Origin: Eledone cirrhosa
Taxonomy: Eukaryota
Length of the DNA: 64,000 nt
NCBI GenBank assembly: GCA_964016885.1
Contig: OZ024740.1
Location: 237,398,001-237,462,000, forward strand
Direction of reading: 5' to 3'
The translations under genes and the position numbers were made by a program. The notes under the pieces are model-generated. The model was not told the origin of the DNA. It did no database searches and worked only from the letters and a program-made list of their open reading frames with translations. Below, in pieces: positions 19,250 to 33,753 of the stretch (position 1 is the stretch's first letter; each line of letters starts with the position of its first letter).

Positions 19250-19437
19250 ATAATTGTTTCTAATTTTGGCACAAGGCCAGCAATTACTCAGTGCATTACT
19301 GGTACTTTATTTTATCGACCCCGTAAGGATGAAAGGCAAAGTTAACCTCAACGGGATTTGAACTCAGACCATAAAGAAATGTAACTATGCTAGAAAGCAT
19401 AGCGTCCAACCCTCTACCGATACTGCCAATTCACCGC
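19250..19437 (-). mobile_element. tRNA-derived SINE with Nin/Deu-like core
   Basis: Reverse complement of the 20313-20503 family: GAGTTCAAATCCC B box and GCCTTTCATCCTTACGGGGTCGATAAA core. Confidence 0.85.
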
Positions 19438-20312
19438 TATGAATGATGATGATAATGATAATAATGGTTTCTGATTTAGGTACAAGGTCAACAATGTTTG
19501 GGGAAGGGAAAGTCGATTACATCGATCCCCAGTGTGTTACTGGTGCTTTATTTTATTGACTCCACTAGATATACTGGCTTATTCTTGGCTAGGAACTTCT
19601 TTTATAGTTGTTTCACTAAAAAGAGGGCATCTGTAGTACTTTGCATCTCATCTAATTTGACTCTTTCCCTAATTAGCTGTGCTAGAACTCTTTCTATCAC
19701 TTTCAAAACTTGGTCCATCAGTTTTATTCCTCTGTAGTTGCTCCTTTCTAGAGCATCACTTTGTAGCAATTTGTGACTGTACTGTTCTGCCAGTCATTGT
19801 GTATGACTCCACCCTTATCTGATTGACTATACAAGTTACTAGTTTGGCCCTTACTTCTGAGGCTTTTAGCATCTCAAACAACTATCTCTGATGGTCCTAT
19901 CCATGGCTTTACCATTGTTCATCTCCTTGATTGCTTCTTTAACTCTCATGTCATCATAAAAAACAAAATAGATAGGACATGTAGCCAGATAGATATTGCT
20001 GTACTAACTGACAAGAATATGTCTGTAAAACCAATGGAAAAACTTGTCAAAGTACAAAGACCTGGAAATAGAGATCAACTGCATGTGGAGGATGACCACA
20101 AATACTATCCCTATGGTAATAGAAGCACTAAGATTAATACACAAATAATCAGACCTGCACCATGGCGTCCTTTCCTACAGAATCAGCAAATATGAGTTAT
20201 AGAAGTTTGGTCTACTAGGAACAACACATTACACTGTGTAACATATTTTTTGTTCCCCGGTTCTAAGTGTCATATCATGGTTTTTATATCCCATTATTAT
20301 TAAAAAAACACA

Positions 20313-20503
20313 AGGGCGGTGGATTGGCAGTATCGGTAGAGGGTTGGACGCCATGCTTTCCAGAATAGTTACGTCCCTTTACGATCTGAGTTCAAATCCC
20401 GCCGAGGTTGACTTTGCCTTTCATCCTTACGGGGTCGATAAAATAAAGTACCAGTAATGCACTGGGTAATTGCTGGCCTTGTGCCTAAAGTAGAAACAAT
20501 TAT
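20313..20503 (+). mobile_element. tRNA-derived Nin/Deu-core SINE nested in the transposon, 16-bp TSD
   Basis: A box TGGCAGTATCGG, B box GAGTTCAAATCC; TSD ATTATTAAAAAAACAC at 20296-20311 and 20499-20514. Confidence 0.9.
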
Positions 20504-20959
20504 TAAAAAAACACTATTATTTAATCAGAAGTTTGGGTTTGTGGTCAGGAGTTTGATATTTCAAAATTTTCATATTTTTCAAGAAAAAACACTTTTTAAA
20601 ATTTATCAGTTCATATAATTAAATCAACAGAGTATATGTTTATTTTATTACACAAGCTTATCAAAAGCAAACAAGTAAAAACAAATAACACTTATAAAGC
20701 AACTTATACACGTCAGAAATGACTGGATTTTCTGGATTTGTGGTTGTAGTCCAGGTCGCATTCCTGCACTAGCCCCTAGATATAGTCTCCCATCAGTTTT
20801 TCATTGTAGTGGCCCTGGTACCTCCGCTCTATCTCTTTCACATCTTGGTGGAATCGTTCGCCTTGTTCTTCTTCAACCAGTGGCTCTCACATGACGTTCC
20901 GGGTCCCAACTACAAATTCTGTTCGCTGCTCCCAGTTCTTTCTTTTGTAGTGGTCAGAG

Positions 20960-21400
20960 GTGACTCTGCTGTCCCAAAGGCAGAGGAAGCATTGGAATTT
21001 GATAAAGCCTCATTGGAGTCCAAGCAGGAAAGCCACCATCTTGAAGTCTCCAATGATTTCCCAATTGTACTGGTTGTATTGCAGAGCTTCCAAGAGGACT
21101 TTCACACTGTAGTTATCTTCCTTCAGGCAGACTGAATGAGCTAGAGGCATTGTCAGGAACATGTTTCCATTGTGGAGAAGGATAGCCTTCAAACTTGTGG
21201 TGGAGCTGTCTATAAATAGCCGCCACTCCTTGGGCACAAACGGCACCCCAATAACGTCAAACAGTCCAGACACGTCATGGCAGAAACAGAGGCCATCCCT
21301 AAGAGTGTAAAAGCCTGAGAAAGGTTTGTGTCGACTTCTCTGACTTGTCACTTGCACTTCCTCCTTGACCAAGTTCCACTGCTTCATCCTGGAGACGAAT
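20960..21400 (-). pseudogene. Chapaev3-type transposase fragment
   Basis: EWRLFIDSSTTSLKAILLHNGN...WEIIGDFKMVAFLLGLQ*GFIKFQCFLCLWDS motifs; in-frame stop. Confidence 0.8.
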
Positions 21401-22274
21401 GCTTAAAACACAACTTACCCTTGATTCAGGGTGCAAAAATCCAGTATCAATAAATCTCTTTAATCCAATTTTTAACAATTTTATACTTTATTGCACTTTT
21501 ATAATTTTCTTTAGGTATTACTCTTTATTTTATAATTTTAATTTAACCTGAAACATATATTTAAAAAAATCATTTAACATAAGCAAATTAAACTTACATA
21601 CAACGTAAAATCCAGCATACAAATAATTCTAGTGAATAGCTTAGAATTTTTACAAACCCAAACTTTTAACTGTTTACTAGCATTTTTTATTTATTTATTT
21701 GGGCCCTAAGCAACACAAAAAAGGTGATTACAAGCCAGGAACATAAACAAATTTTTTTGTTACACTGTGGAGCTGTCTCTTTACAATGAAAACTTCTATG
21801 GCAACAGAGAAACAGAACAGAAACAAGCGAAATAACACAGTAATAATAATAAGGAAGATTTGTTTGAGTTGGTCCCTCAAATAATAATAGCTATGGAGGT
21901 CTCTACATAGTCACTTTACCCACCAGAAATAACAGCCAAATCTCCTTCAAATCACACCTTCCTATCTTAAGAGAGAAAACGGCAGGTCACATTGGATAAT
22001 ATAGTCTTAGGTACACTGTCTGAAATAATGATTAAATTATTATGACTGGAATTGGTCGACACATTCAGAGTTAACCTGGGGTTAAAATAACATACAAAGA
22101 CTACCATAGGGAAATGTTCTTAAATTGTATAACTTGGCATAATTAGAAGGATTTACAAATCTAGAAATTTACATAGAAGCTAATTTTTTTTACATTAGAA
22201 TATCATTTCTAACACAATTATTGGAGTATAATTAAATCTTTAGATTTAAATATATTTGACAAACTAACTTGCCA

Positions 22275-22899
22275 TAACCATTTAGCATTTAAACCGGCCA
22301 TATCCGGCCAGAACTTTCTCATCTCTTTCTGTTCATAACCAACTGCTTATACTTATGTTAAGGTATTATTCTCAAAGTAAATAATATCAAAATCTTGTAG
22401 CTTCAATATTAGGTGATATAAAGACTTTTCCGTGAAAATACAATAGTATATATAATTTCTAACACTGGAGGCCAGCATTGTTGACCATATTAACCCCAGT
22501 ACATGACTGGTACTATATTTTTATCAACTTTAAAAAGATGAATCGCAAAATCATCCCTGGTTTTGTTTAAATCTTGAACATCGGGAAAGTAATTAAATAT
22601 AAACGATGATGATGTAATCTATTTTGTCCATTGCTTTATCAATTTAGCCTCACCATTGCAATATCCATTTGAATACCTATCTGTTTCAATTAATTTTCAA
22701 AATAACCAGACATTTCGAGGAATTTAATAAAATAACTAAGGTTTTCATTAGTAGACTCATGTTTAGAGTATTTCTTAATAAAACAAATATCTAAAAAAAA
22801 TTATGATGAAAGGTTTTAATAGGATAACCATTTTAAAATGAGCAGTTTTGTATCATAAATCCAGGGTGGTTTCAGGCAGTTTGGTATCAAAAGGGTTAA
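22275..22899 (+). mobile_element. piggyBac-like non-autonomous element (TTAA-CCC...GGG-TTAA type ends)
   Basis: Right end AAAAGGGTTAA. Left end TAACCATTTAGCATTTAAACCGGCCATATCCGGCCAGAA matches the reverse complement of 44886-44928 (TTAACCCTTTAGCATTTAAACTGGCCATATCCGGCCAGAA). Related pieces at about 27040-27226 and 51985-52075. Confidence 0.55.
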
Positions 22900-25800
22900 T
22901 TCCCAAATCACTCAAACAGCAAGGTGTTTGGGAATCTGGGATCATTGTTTGTGATACAAGAAACAATTTTAGAGCGGTGTCAGCTGAATTCAATGACTAT
23001 TTCTGACACAAGTCACTCTGATAAAGAATGTGAGTGCTTCTGAGTGTGGTAGCAATAGAAGAGAGAAAGAGACAGACAGACAGCATAGATGTATCTAACG
23101 CAGAAAGAAAGGTACTGTAGATACACACGTATAATTAATAGCAGTAAATAAGTCACACCCTCATTTTTCGTACTACATTATTGCTTCAGTACTTGAATCA
23201 CATATGTCACAGGTTCCATTTATTAATACTGCTCATATATGCTTCAGTGAAATTGCCATAAAAACTAAACATTATTTTTTCCTGTAATTTATTTAACTAG
23301 TGGACCAGTGCCATCAATAATGACAGTAATGGCATTGAATATCTTTAATTTTGGGAGTCCAGGTTTGGTATGCCATATATAACAGGATTACTGGATATAT
23401 GGACAATCACACAAACTGGGAGATTTGCATTTTGGTAAATTAATGATTTGTATAAGTTAAAGATAAGAATAATATTTTAATAATTTGTTTCTAGGACAGA
23501 ATGACATAAATATTCAGCATATATGTACAAATGACATACAAGATTAAATGTATGAGTAACTTTGGAGAAATAACTATTAACAGTGACAAATGTAGAGTTA
23601 GAACCCAGGACCTTGTGATTGGAAAACGGACTTTTTCCAATCACAAAGCCTCATTTCCTATCAGCCATGTTGCTACATGACTGAAAAAGGAAATGCATTG
23701 TGTTGCAAACATGTAGCATGCTATTATAGTTGAGAGAACTACATGTAAACAAATCCTTTGGTAGCTCTAAACAACTTTAACTCTTGTTAATGAGTTCTAA
23801 TTTCCCTGTATTAATCATTCTATTTTATTTAGTTAATCACATGCAACAACATGTTTTATTCATCTCATCACATACAGCAACAAAATATGTTACACACTCT
23901 AGTTCCCCATTTCTTTAGTATTTTAATTATATCAAATACATTTCCTGCTGTAAAAAAACAACAACATATTTTGGCATCTTTTCAAGGGGAGCAAATTACA
24001 TAGCAACAATATACAAGCAATATACTGCAGTGATCTGTTCTTTAATAAATATTTAATTGGTTTACCATTTTGTCAATAAGAGATTCAATGTTTGCTAACC
24101 CATGGTAAATTATAAGATTCAGAAATTGTAATCATATTTTGATTATTGATGAGCAAATGAATGATTAAGTTGTGCTATTATGGTGTAAAGTTAAACAACA
24201 AAAACAATATTTATAGACTGCTAGTTATTGAGAACAATGTTAAATGATATACAAAATGCTGTAATGATTTTAATAGAAATATATTCTTATGATGTATTAT
24301 TTTTATTTATTCATTAATTGTATTTATCGCTAAGTATTATTTTGCTATTTAAAGTTCTGTTATCTAACATCATACACAGTGTTGTATGGCTGCTTTGGGC
24401 TTCTAGAATATACCATATATTTTGTACTGAGCTTTTCTAGTTCCAGTAGATAGATTACATGTTGGTTTTAACATTGTATTTTCAAGATGTGATTTATACA
24501 GTGGTATATATGTGTTGTAAGTTTAACAAGAGATGGCTTATAGACAATCAGACAAGTGTATAGTCATAGTAAACTTTATCATTAACACTATAAATATTTA
24601 GTAAATCGATTCATCCTTTGTAGTCTGAGTCTATTGTTGCCTCATTTCATCGTCATCGGTGATTGTATCAGGGGTTTTCTGACTGAAATTAACTATTGCT
24701 CAGTTGGACTGTTGTGATGATGATTTATAGGCCTTAAGCCATGGATTAGTAGCCTAATTCCTATCGTACATCTTGCTCTATCGACACCAAATGTCTGAAA
24801 TACAGTAATCTTTTTCCATTCTAAACTGCGATTTTTTTTCATTGCAAACTTTATTGCTTTCATTAATTTTATAACTTTTACAGATAAGCTCTTTCATACT
24901 TAATCCCTTAGACTAACAAACGAGTGGGATTCTCCACTCAAAGTGTAGTCAGTCACTTGAGTATGTAAAATAGTATGGTATCACACTGAAAGGAATGTAA
25001 AGTAAACATCCACTTCACATCTGTGGTAGCTATCACTCAAATAATGAGTATAATTGCACCAATCTAGAGCAGGAACTTATCTGCTGCAGTGATGTGCTTT
25101 AGCTAACAACCCAACATCTCTGCTGGGATGAACACTTGTGTCTGAAATTTAACAATTTAGTGCATTAACTATTCAATCACTACATTTCTTGAAATATTCT
25201 TGCTATGTAGTAGAATATAATTTGAGGGAGATTTGGCTGTGATTTCTAGCTGGTTGCGCAACTACATAGTGGCTCCTTCATTGATTTATTTGTTGATATC
25301 TTTATGTAGAGTGGACATGTAGTTTTAAAGAGCTGAGTAAATAGTGTCAGACATCTATAGGAAATGTGGCAGCAACACTAACAATGGTTGCAGTAAAGAA
25401 AGTGACCTTTAGTTCAACTATGACTATATTAACCGGTTATTAATTGCTTCATCTTATATAGAATTTAATATAAAACTGAAGGAACTTACATTTGAGATCT
25501 ATGTGGTGTCTTGACCAGTTCTCTATTGTTATAGAAATGACCAGTTCTCTATTGTTATAGAAACTAGTTAAATGGTGACCAGCAACACTAATTCCTAGAA
25601 GCGTATTATTGTTATATTTTTATCTTTAATCTAATTAGTTAAACTGATTAACATAATAGTATATGTAGCATTAAGATACAACTAATTATTCTGATCAATT
25701 TAACAATGCAGTATATTCATGATGATTCTATTTGTGATGTAAGGATGGCAGTAATTTCAAACTAGGAATATTCTTCATATTTTAAAGATTTAGTTTCAAT

Positions 25801-26312
25801 ATTGACTCCTTTTCAAATGGATTCTTCTCAGATAGGATCTGAAGCAACCATAGTGGCCCGTGTTAGGTGTTTTAAAGCTGCTTGACAGTAAAGAAAGGAA
25901 ATGAGATTGGTTGGGTTTCAAATATACCAAATAAAACATGTTATGAAAAGGATGATAATTTTTTACTGTAATCCTTCTCGATGGCCTCACTAGCCTGATC
26001 AGCACATTCTCAATAATGAACCACTTCATTCCATTCCTTAAAATTTATATTCTCTTTGTAAATACTGTATCATACTTTTTCCTTTATGCAACTTTTTTAT
26101 ATTTCAAATTTATACATGGTGGTGAAATAAATAATAATAATAAGAAAAAAAAGCAAGAAAAAATTTCCTACCCTATCCATAAAGGAATTCACCCCCATTT
26201 ACTAACCATTCTTGATTATTTCCCATCAGAATGCTAATCACATTGATGATGGTGGATTTAAGGTGCTGGAATGTTAATAGAATGATAGAGGAAGAGGAAC
26301 CTTTGTCTAGAT

Positions 26313-26369
26313 CAAAGGTTCTCAACGGAGTGGCATATGCATTTGTTGGAAATGGGTTGAGAACCTGTG
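26313..26369. mobile_element. 57-bp hAT (Charlie-like) MITE with 8-bp TSD
   Basis: TIRs CAAAGGTTCTCAAC / GTTGAGAACCTGTG; TSD GTCTAGAT at 26305-26312 and 26370-26377. Confidence 0.85.
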
Positions 26370-26774
26370 GTCTAGATAGAAGTTAAGCCATATATTATTT
26401 AGGTCTTCTGACAATGAAGGGACAATGTCGTCTCCCCATTCTCGCTCTCCCCAGATGCTGTTACAGTAATGTGAAAGCAAAGAGCACAGATGTTGAGTCT
26501 CTATACTTTCTGTTGAGTTGACAAGGTTCTGCCAAACTAATGATCAATTCTTACAACCAAATAACAGTATACAACAGTGATGCTAGTAGAATCTTTTGAT
26601 GTTCCACCACACACACTCATTTCTTATCATTTACTAATTAATAGAGACTTGCCACATATACTTGAATATAAGCCAAGGAATATGTGACCAAGGAATCTAT
26701 GCTAGAAGGAGGTCAACTTATATTCAATGTCAATATTTTGACAATTTCCACCAACTTCAAATTCTACATAAATA

Positions 26775-26949
26775 ATTATTTCTACTTTTTGGCACAAGGC
26801 CAGCAATTAACCAGTACATTACTGGTACTTTATTTTATCGACCCCGTAAGGATGAAAGGCAAAGTTAACCTTGGAGGGATTTGAACTCAGATCATAAAGG
26901 AACGTAACTGTGGTGGAAAGCATGTCCGACCCTCTACCGATACTGCCAA
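26775..26949 (-). mobile_element. tRNA-derived Nin/Deu-core SINE
   Basis: Homologous to 20313-20503. Confidence 0.85.
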
Positions 26950-27597
26950 ACATAAATAATGTTAGGATTTTTGCCCTTTTCTTAGACATAAATAGCAAAC
27001 TGCCTGATATCACTCTTGGTTTGATGATACAATACTAAAGTGTTTATATGTTTCTAAAAGCCTCCCATCATAATTTTATGTAAGAACCTTTGTTAAGTTA
27101 TGCTTCAAACATCAGATTAATGAGAAAGTTATATTACTAAATCCCAACAAATGTTTGATTAGTTCCAAAATAAGTTGAAACATGTAAGCAGTGTCTTTCA
27201 TTAGAAATATGCTAACAAAAGGGTTAACAGAGAATTTGAAAGTTACTTTGTCTTAGATCTGTCTCTCACATCTCCCTTCAGGGGGCTGTAATGATTGATT
27301 ACATGATATTTGATACAATATCATCATAGATTCTCCATTAATTTGCCACATTGGCTGCTATTGATTTGTCACATAAAATGCAAGTTCTTTTGTTTAGAGG
27401 GGATGGCAAATAAGATTCAATGATATCCATGCCCTTCTCAGAGATTTAAGTGAAGTGTGATTGTTACACTAGGGAATTGAACTTAGCTTTCCATCTCTAT
27501 CAAATGAAAACTTACTCCTACTTGGTGGTGTTTCGCAGGACTGATTAAGAAAGTAGATAGTAGTTACTCTTTAATGGATGATCTTTCATGTACTGTC

Positions 27598-27598
27598 A

Positions 27599-27630
<32 letters not shown>

Positions 27631-27641
27631 TACCACTACTA

Positions 27642-27680
<39 letters not shown>
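27598..27680. repeat. (CTA)n/(CCA)n microsatellite
   Basis: Direct inspection. Confidence 0.95.
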
Positions 27681-28944
27681 GAGAGAGAAAGCTTCAGTAA
27701 ATTTGTTTTGTGTGAGATTGATGTTGGTTTAATGTTAGAGAAATGTGAACACTCACACACACACACATGTATATGTATATTATATATATGTTGTATTCTT
27801 ATGTATAGCACAGGAGCAATAGTCTCTAATGTATATTTATTTTGTCTTTTATATATTCCACAATTGAGAACAAATATTACACAAGATGGCTTCTTTTCCA
27901 TAATGCCCCTTGACATTCTATTACATCCCACCTCCCCTTTTTTTTTAGTTAGGTAAAAATATAGACTTGACTCTTTGTGTTGCCATAACCATAAATCTTT
28001 TCTTGGAAACAATATTGTCAGAAAGTAATTTCCTTTTATCAAAACAACTCATATAAGGTATTTCTAATAAACAATGAACAAAATATACATTTCCACATTA
28101 TATTCTTTACTAAGCAATGCTTTGTTTTCCATAATGTTATTTGAGCTTTTTTTTCTTTGTTTTTAACATGTGTGTTCCAGTAGGTTTAACTAGAACTCTT
28201 CTAGATCTCATTCTGAAAGTTTGCTGTGGATTAGGTGTTTGTAGTTTCAGGGATTACATGAGTGTGTGTCTTTGCAGGGTATAACCATGATACTTTTGGG
28301 TCAGTGCATATAATAGGGTATATGTTTCTGCATTTAGCCTCATGAGGCACATCTACTATGTAGGATGAAGGTGTTGAGTGTTTGTTCATTGCACTTTCAG
28401 TGACTCTAGCATCAGTCACCCACATCTAATTCCTGGATGGGAGGGTTTTGAGATCAGATGCTAGTTATGCTTGTTATTGAACATCTGATCAGTACTTCTT
28501 TCCTTCTTCAATTTCACTGTAGCACTATTTGATATTACTGGGCTGGTACTTTAGTGTGAAGCACTACATTAACAGTTGAGCAGAACTAAACATATTCTGG
28601 TTTGACATTGATCTGTATGGTAGCAAGGCAAGATATGTATCAGTGGTCTTTTTGGGGAGATACTTTACAGTCTGATCTGCACATTCATCTTCTTCATTGT
28701 TTTTTAGTTATCTCAAGCTGTTAATCACATTATGAAATCCATATATTGTGGCAAAGGTAGAGAATGTATTACACAAGAATTACTACCTGTTATCAGTCAC
28801 TAATGTTTTAGGCACTCCATGATGTGTGAACAATGATTTAAGATGAACTTGACATATCCCAAGTAATAGTGCTCCTGCATCAGATGTCTAAGGTCTGTTT
28901 CAAGCCCAAAGGCTCATCAGGCATTAAATGACTGAGAATACAAG

Positions 28945-29140
28945 ACTCTCACCTGCACAGGACACCAGTCTATTGCAGGATTAAACCTCCAGCTATTGCT
29001 GGTACTCATTTTCAGCTGAGTATATTGGAGCAACATGAAATGAAGTGTTTTGCTCAAGATCACAATGCATGACCCAGTCCAGTAACCTATGGCATTATGA
29101 TTCTAAGTCCAGCAGCCTTACCACTAGGCCATGCGTCTCC
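28945..29140 (-). mobile_element. tRNA-derived SINE with CORE-like domain
   Basis: Minus strand: TGGCCTAGTGG A box, then TCTTGAGCAAAACACTTCATTTCATGTTGCTCCA. Confidence 0.75.
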
Positions 29141-29697
29141 ACCACGATGCATCAGATGTATTTTTACCTTAAGTGTAAACAAATCTGCCCCTAGCTTCTG
29201 CTTAAGTTTGTTGGGATAAACATCTCTGAATGGTTTGTACATTCTTGTTTATATCTTGTTTATATCATCACTAGCTTGCTTAGCTGCTGATTGAGATCCA
29301 GCCCCCTCACTCACTATGGTGCATGCTCAAGGATATCATGTTTTAATGGATGGTTTTGTGCTCTTCAGTAAAAGATCATCACACATTATTATGGAAGCAT
29401 GAGTTATCCAGCACACATGTATTCAGGTTGTATTCAATCCTGCCACATCTAAATAACTATAGTTTAGTTGGTGAAAATATTCTAAATTTTAGAGCAACTC
29501 AAGTCTGTAGATGAGATATAATATACTTAACCAGTTTACACTACAAAGAATACATAGAATTCATAATTAATAGATGTTTTCAAAGGCAATACTTAGTTGT
29601 TTCATCAACTTCTAATTAAAAGCTGAGGAGATGGTTAAATGTCACCATTGAAATGTGCCTCCTATTAATTATGAAAGTTTTTGTAGTGTAAATTTGT

Positions 29698-30520
<823 letters not shown>

Positions 30521-30564
30521 CATTGACACAATGATGGAACGGTATATATATATATATATATATA

Positions 30565-30710
30565 CCGTATTTTCCGTCCTCGAGGACACACCCTAATTTT
30601 GACAACCAAAAATTTGGAAGAAAATAAACAACCTTCAGCCTCCAGGACACATGGTAGATTTTTTAGACTTATTTCAGGAAAAAAGTAGCGTCTTTGACAC
30701 TGGGAAATTC

Positions 30711-30712
<2 letters not shown>
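30565..30712. mobile_element. Tc1/mariner (pogo/Tc2-like) MITE
   Basis: Ends TA|CCGTATTTTCC and GGGAAATTCGG form degenerate TIRs. Confidence 0.55.
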
Positions 30713-30782
<70 letters not shown>

Positions 30783-30785
<3 letters not shown>

Positions 30786-30913
30786 GAGTTTTGTAGCTTG
30801 CTTGACAGCATTAGCACCACAATCTTAGCTTCCGAACACAGTATAGGCACGCTAAGAATTAAGGAAGCCCTCTTAATCAAGCAATTAAACCTAGGATCAA
30901 TAATCAAATGGAA
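30783..30913 (+). pseudogene. GIY-YIG endonuclease C-terminal fragment of a Penelope-like element
   Basis: TTILASEHSIGTLRIKEALLIKQL; restoring one missing base gives KPRINNQME, i.e. the E-x3-I-x4-P-x2-N end of PLE GIY-YIG domains. Confidence 0.65.
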
Positions 30914-30941
30914 TATGTATAAATACACATATACATATATG

Positions 30942-31075
30942 AGTCCCGGGTTCAATCCAGGGTAACCACAGTAAGTAAGGTACTCAATATATAGTAGAGT
31001 ATATACAAGATTTATTATAGAAATGGCTTCTACAGGACTACAACTGTTTCCTTCAAAGGAAATCATCAGAAAAAT
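30942..31075 (-). mobile_element. Hammerhead-bearing element, family B copy 2 (no fold-back)
   Basis: Minus strand: UUUU-CUGAUGA-UUUC CUUU GAAG-GAAACAG-UUGUAGUC-CUGUA-GAAGCC, then the family tail. Confidence 0.8.
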
Positions 31076-31144
31076 CTTTTCCTATTTTTCTTATTTTGTG
31101 TCTCTCCTTTGTTCTGTCCTACACCATCTTGTTTTTGAAACCAG

Positions 31145-31310
31145 CCACTGAAGAGGTCACAGAATGTGTGATGAATGAGCTTTGACAATATATAAACAAC
31201 CATCCAGTTATTAAACTAACCAACCAACAATTTATAATAAATTGAAATGAAAACTAACAGGTGCATGTGTTTTTATTGGCAGCATGACCCTCCCAAAGTA
31301 TAACAATACA
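31145..31310 (+). mobile_element. Dispersed repeat with degenerate hammerhead at its 5' end
   Basis: GCCA-CTGAAGA-GGTCAC...GTGAT-GAATGAGCTT-TGAC; remainder homologous to 15325-15505. Confidence 0.6.
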
Positions 31311-31449
31311 ATATCTGTTTGAACATGTTTTCAGATGAAAAATCTTGCAAAACAGATTAAAAAACGAAGTGTATATATATATATATATATATATGGATAT
31401 ATTTATGTGGCCAGGCTGAGCTTAAGACCCCAAGAATATCCAGTGAAAA

Positions 31450-32260
31450 GCATTCTAGCTCCAGTATTGTCCTTTTTGTTTTTAGAACATTGCCTTTGGA
31501 TATTGTATTAAACTCAAAGTTAGGGACAACAGCCACATTGGTTCCAGTGTCTATTTTTATTTCTATCTTGTAATTTTGATTTTCAAGTACCTATTGTACC
31601 TGGAAATATGCTCTTGACATCTTCTATCACAGCTTTGAAAGATGCACACATTCATCTGTAGTAGCTTTCCTTAAACGTAGCATATTACATCATTAATAAG
31701 GCACTGCATTTGGGGTTGAGAGGAACTGTTTCCAATTTCAAGCATTCTAACTGGTCTTATTTTTCTGTACATTTTGTTTGGCTTGTTGAATTTATTTCCC
31801 TGAAACTGTTTACCTTTACTCATAACTCTATCCACAGAACACGTCTTGTTAGTGTTTCCCTTGCAGGTTGCACTGTTGCAATTTCACTGTTTCCATCTCT
31901 CTAGTCATCCTGATTGCTTTTTCTAGCATGAGGTCTTTATCTAGCTGCATTCTTTCTAATAAATACGTGTCTATCAGTTTGACTAGTAATTTGTCCCTTA
32001 TCAGTTTGTCATGCAAACTCTGTAGCTGCAATGTTCAGTCAGTATATACAATACAAACATGAAAGAATCCACAGTTTCACTAGTTTCTTGCTTCCTCTTA
32101 TTAAAACATGCTCATGCATATATCACATTCTACTTTACAATAAATGATGCCAGAAATCTATCTTTAACTGCATCATGCTGCCGTTATTCAACTTCAGATT
32201 CAATCCTTTAGAAAATCATTTGTTTTGTCTCCCACTCAGTACATCTTTACCTGGTTTACT
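31450..32260 (-). pseudogene. Ty3/Gypsy gag-protease relic
   Basis: Gag-like FNKRKQETSETVDSF and DKLIRDKLLV...LEKAIRM segments; aspartic protease motif KIDTGTNVAVVP near 31524-31570; many stops and frameshifts. Confidence 0.75.
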
Positions 32261-33753
32261 TGTGTGGTTTTATGGAGATTACTAAATATGAATAAATTAG
32301 TTAGAATTGCTAATTCCTATGTTGAATAATTTTGGTAGATAAATGGATGTTGTAGCAATGTAGTATAAAGTTTTCAGTAAACTGTCTAGATTGTCAAGCC
32401 GTCCATGAATAATATTATATAACCATCAAGGTAGCCTCTACATAGTCATTTGTTTTGCTAGAAATAGTAGTCAAATCATCCTCAAATTATGCTCTACCAT
32501 CATGAAAAGGAACAGCACATTATATAATGTAGTTCTGAATGTATAAAGGATGAATAGACCACAAATAGGATGGTTTTGAATATAAGCCAGCTGAATCAAT
32601 ACTCTCCTAAAGCTAAACAATGAAAACAATGACATATGTAATGACAGGAGCCATCTAAAAATAGGATCCACCTAAATGTGAAGGTCACTGTGAGATAATG
32701 TCTATCTAATCAAAGGAACCATCTTGAGGCAGGAGACATCTAAATGAGGTCATTTTGAGATAATGTCTATCAAATGTACCAGAGAACTGCGTTAATGAAA
32801 ATGTTACTACCATAAAATATAAAGTCATCCACCTATTTTATTTCACAAGCTGGATATGTCTATACTGCACTATATTAACTCTCTGGCATTGTCTGACCTA
32901 ATACTCCTGAAAGAAAGACAAACAAATTTAAATTTCTTTAGAGAAAATCAATGTGTTTTTCTTCCAAAGTAAAATAAAAACTGGTAGTTATCTCACAGAT
33001 CTTTATACAGAAATATTTTTTTTATATTTTCATATTTTAGGGCAAAAATTAAACACTTGTAAAAATTCTTTTTATATCAGAGAAATATTTTTGTTATATA
33101 AATTAACTTCTTGATTATCTAGTTCTATTAGCAATCAGTAAAAAGAAAATTAGTTGATTTCTTTCAGTAAAAAAATTCTTGTCAGGTAAATATCCTAATA
33201 ATTTTTCATCATTATGTCTATTTTAAACTACAACTAGCTAATAATATGTTTCTGTCTTCTGGAACTATTTTGAAAATATTCAAAATTATCCTTCCTTGAT
33301 AAAGTTTGGCTCTCGTTAAGATTCCATTGTTTCTCTCATTATTCTTCCATCTTTCGTCTACTCCTCCACTAGTTAAGATAACATATTGTCTGTCCAAATT
33401 GCTGATGACATATAATTGCTGCTTCAGAAAGAATTGTTGGTTAAAGAATCCAAAATAAATCTAATGAATATTTACACCCTTCTTTTGATTTCTTTATTAG
33501 TTTATTTCTTTATTATTTTTCTGCTAAATTTTGTGTATTACCTAAACACACTTGATCATCATCTCTCAACCTAGTTGAATCTCTTGGTGCTAACACATTT
33601 ATTGATTATTAAATTAGACATGCTATGATACATCACAGGTTTCATAGTGGGTATGTATATGTGTCTATAACTTAGTATCACTTTGGTAAATCAAGCAACA
33701 AAATTTCAGTCATTTGTTTAGTTATATAGTATATTACTTATGATGATGGGTAT

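Larger units (their letters stand above)
20232..21769 (-). mobile_element. Chapaev3-like (CMC) DNA transposon, internally deleted
   Basis: Termini CACTGTGTAACA (20232) and TGTTACACTGTG (ending 21769) form imperfect TIRs with CAC...GTG ends; transposase relic inside. No matching TSD seen. Confidence 0.75.

Noticed and set aside
24600-24795. Possible minus-strand exon after TATTTCAG
   Set aside because: No donor site or recognisable protein.
25512-25563. 26-bp tandem duplication
   Set aside because: Ordinary slippage event with no further structure.
27588-28042. Poly-Leu and poly-Ser ORFs
   Set aside because: Derived from (CTA)n and (CA)n repeats.
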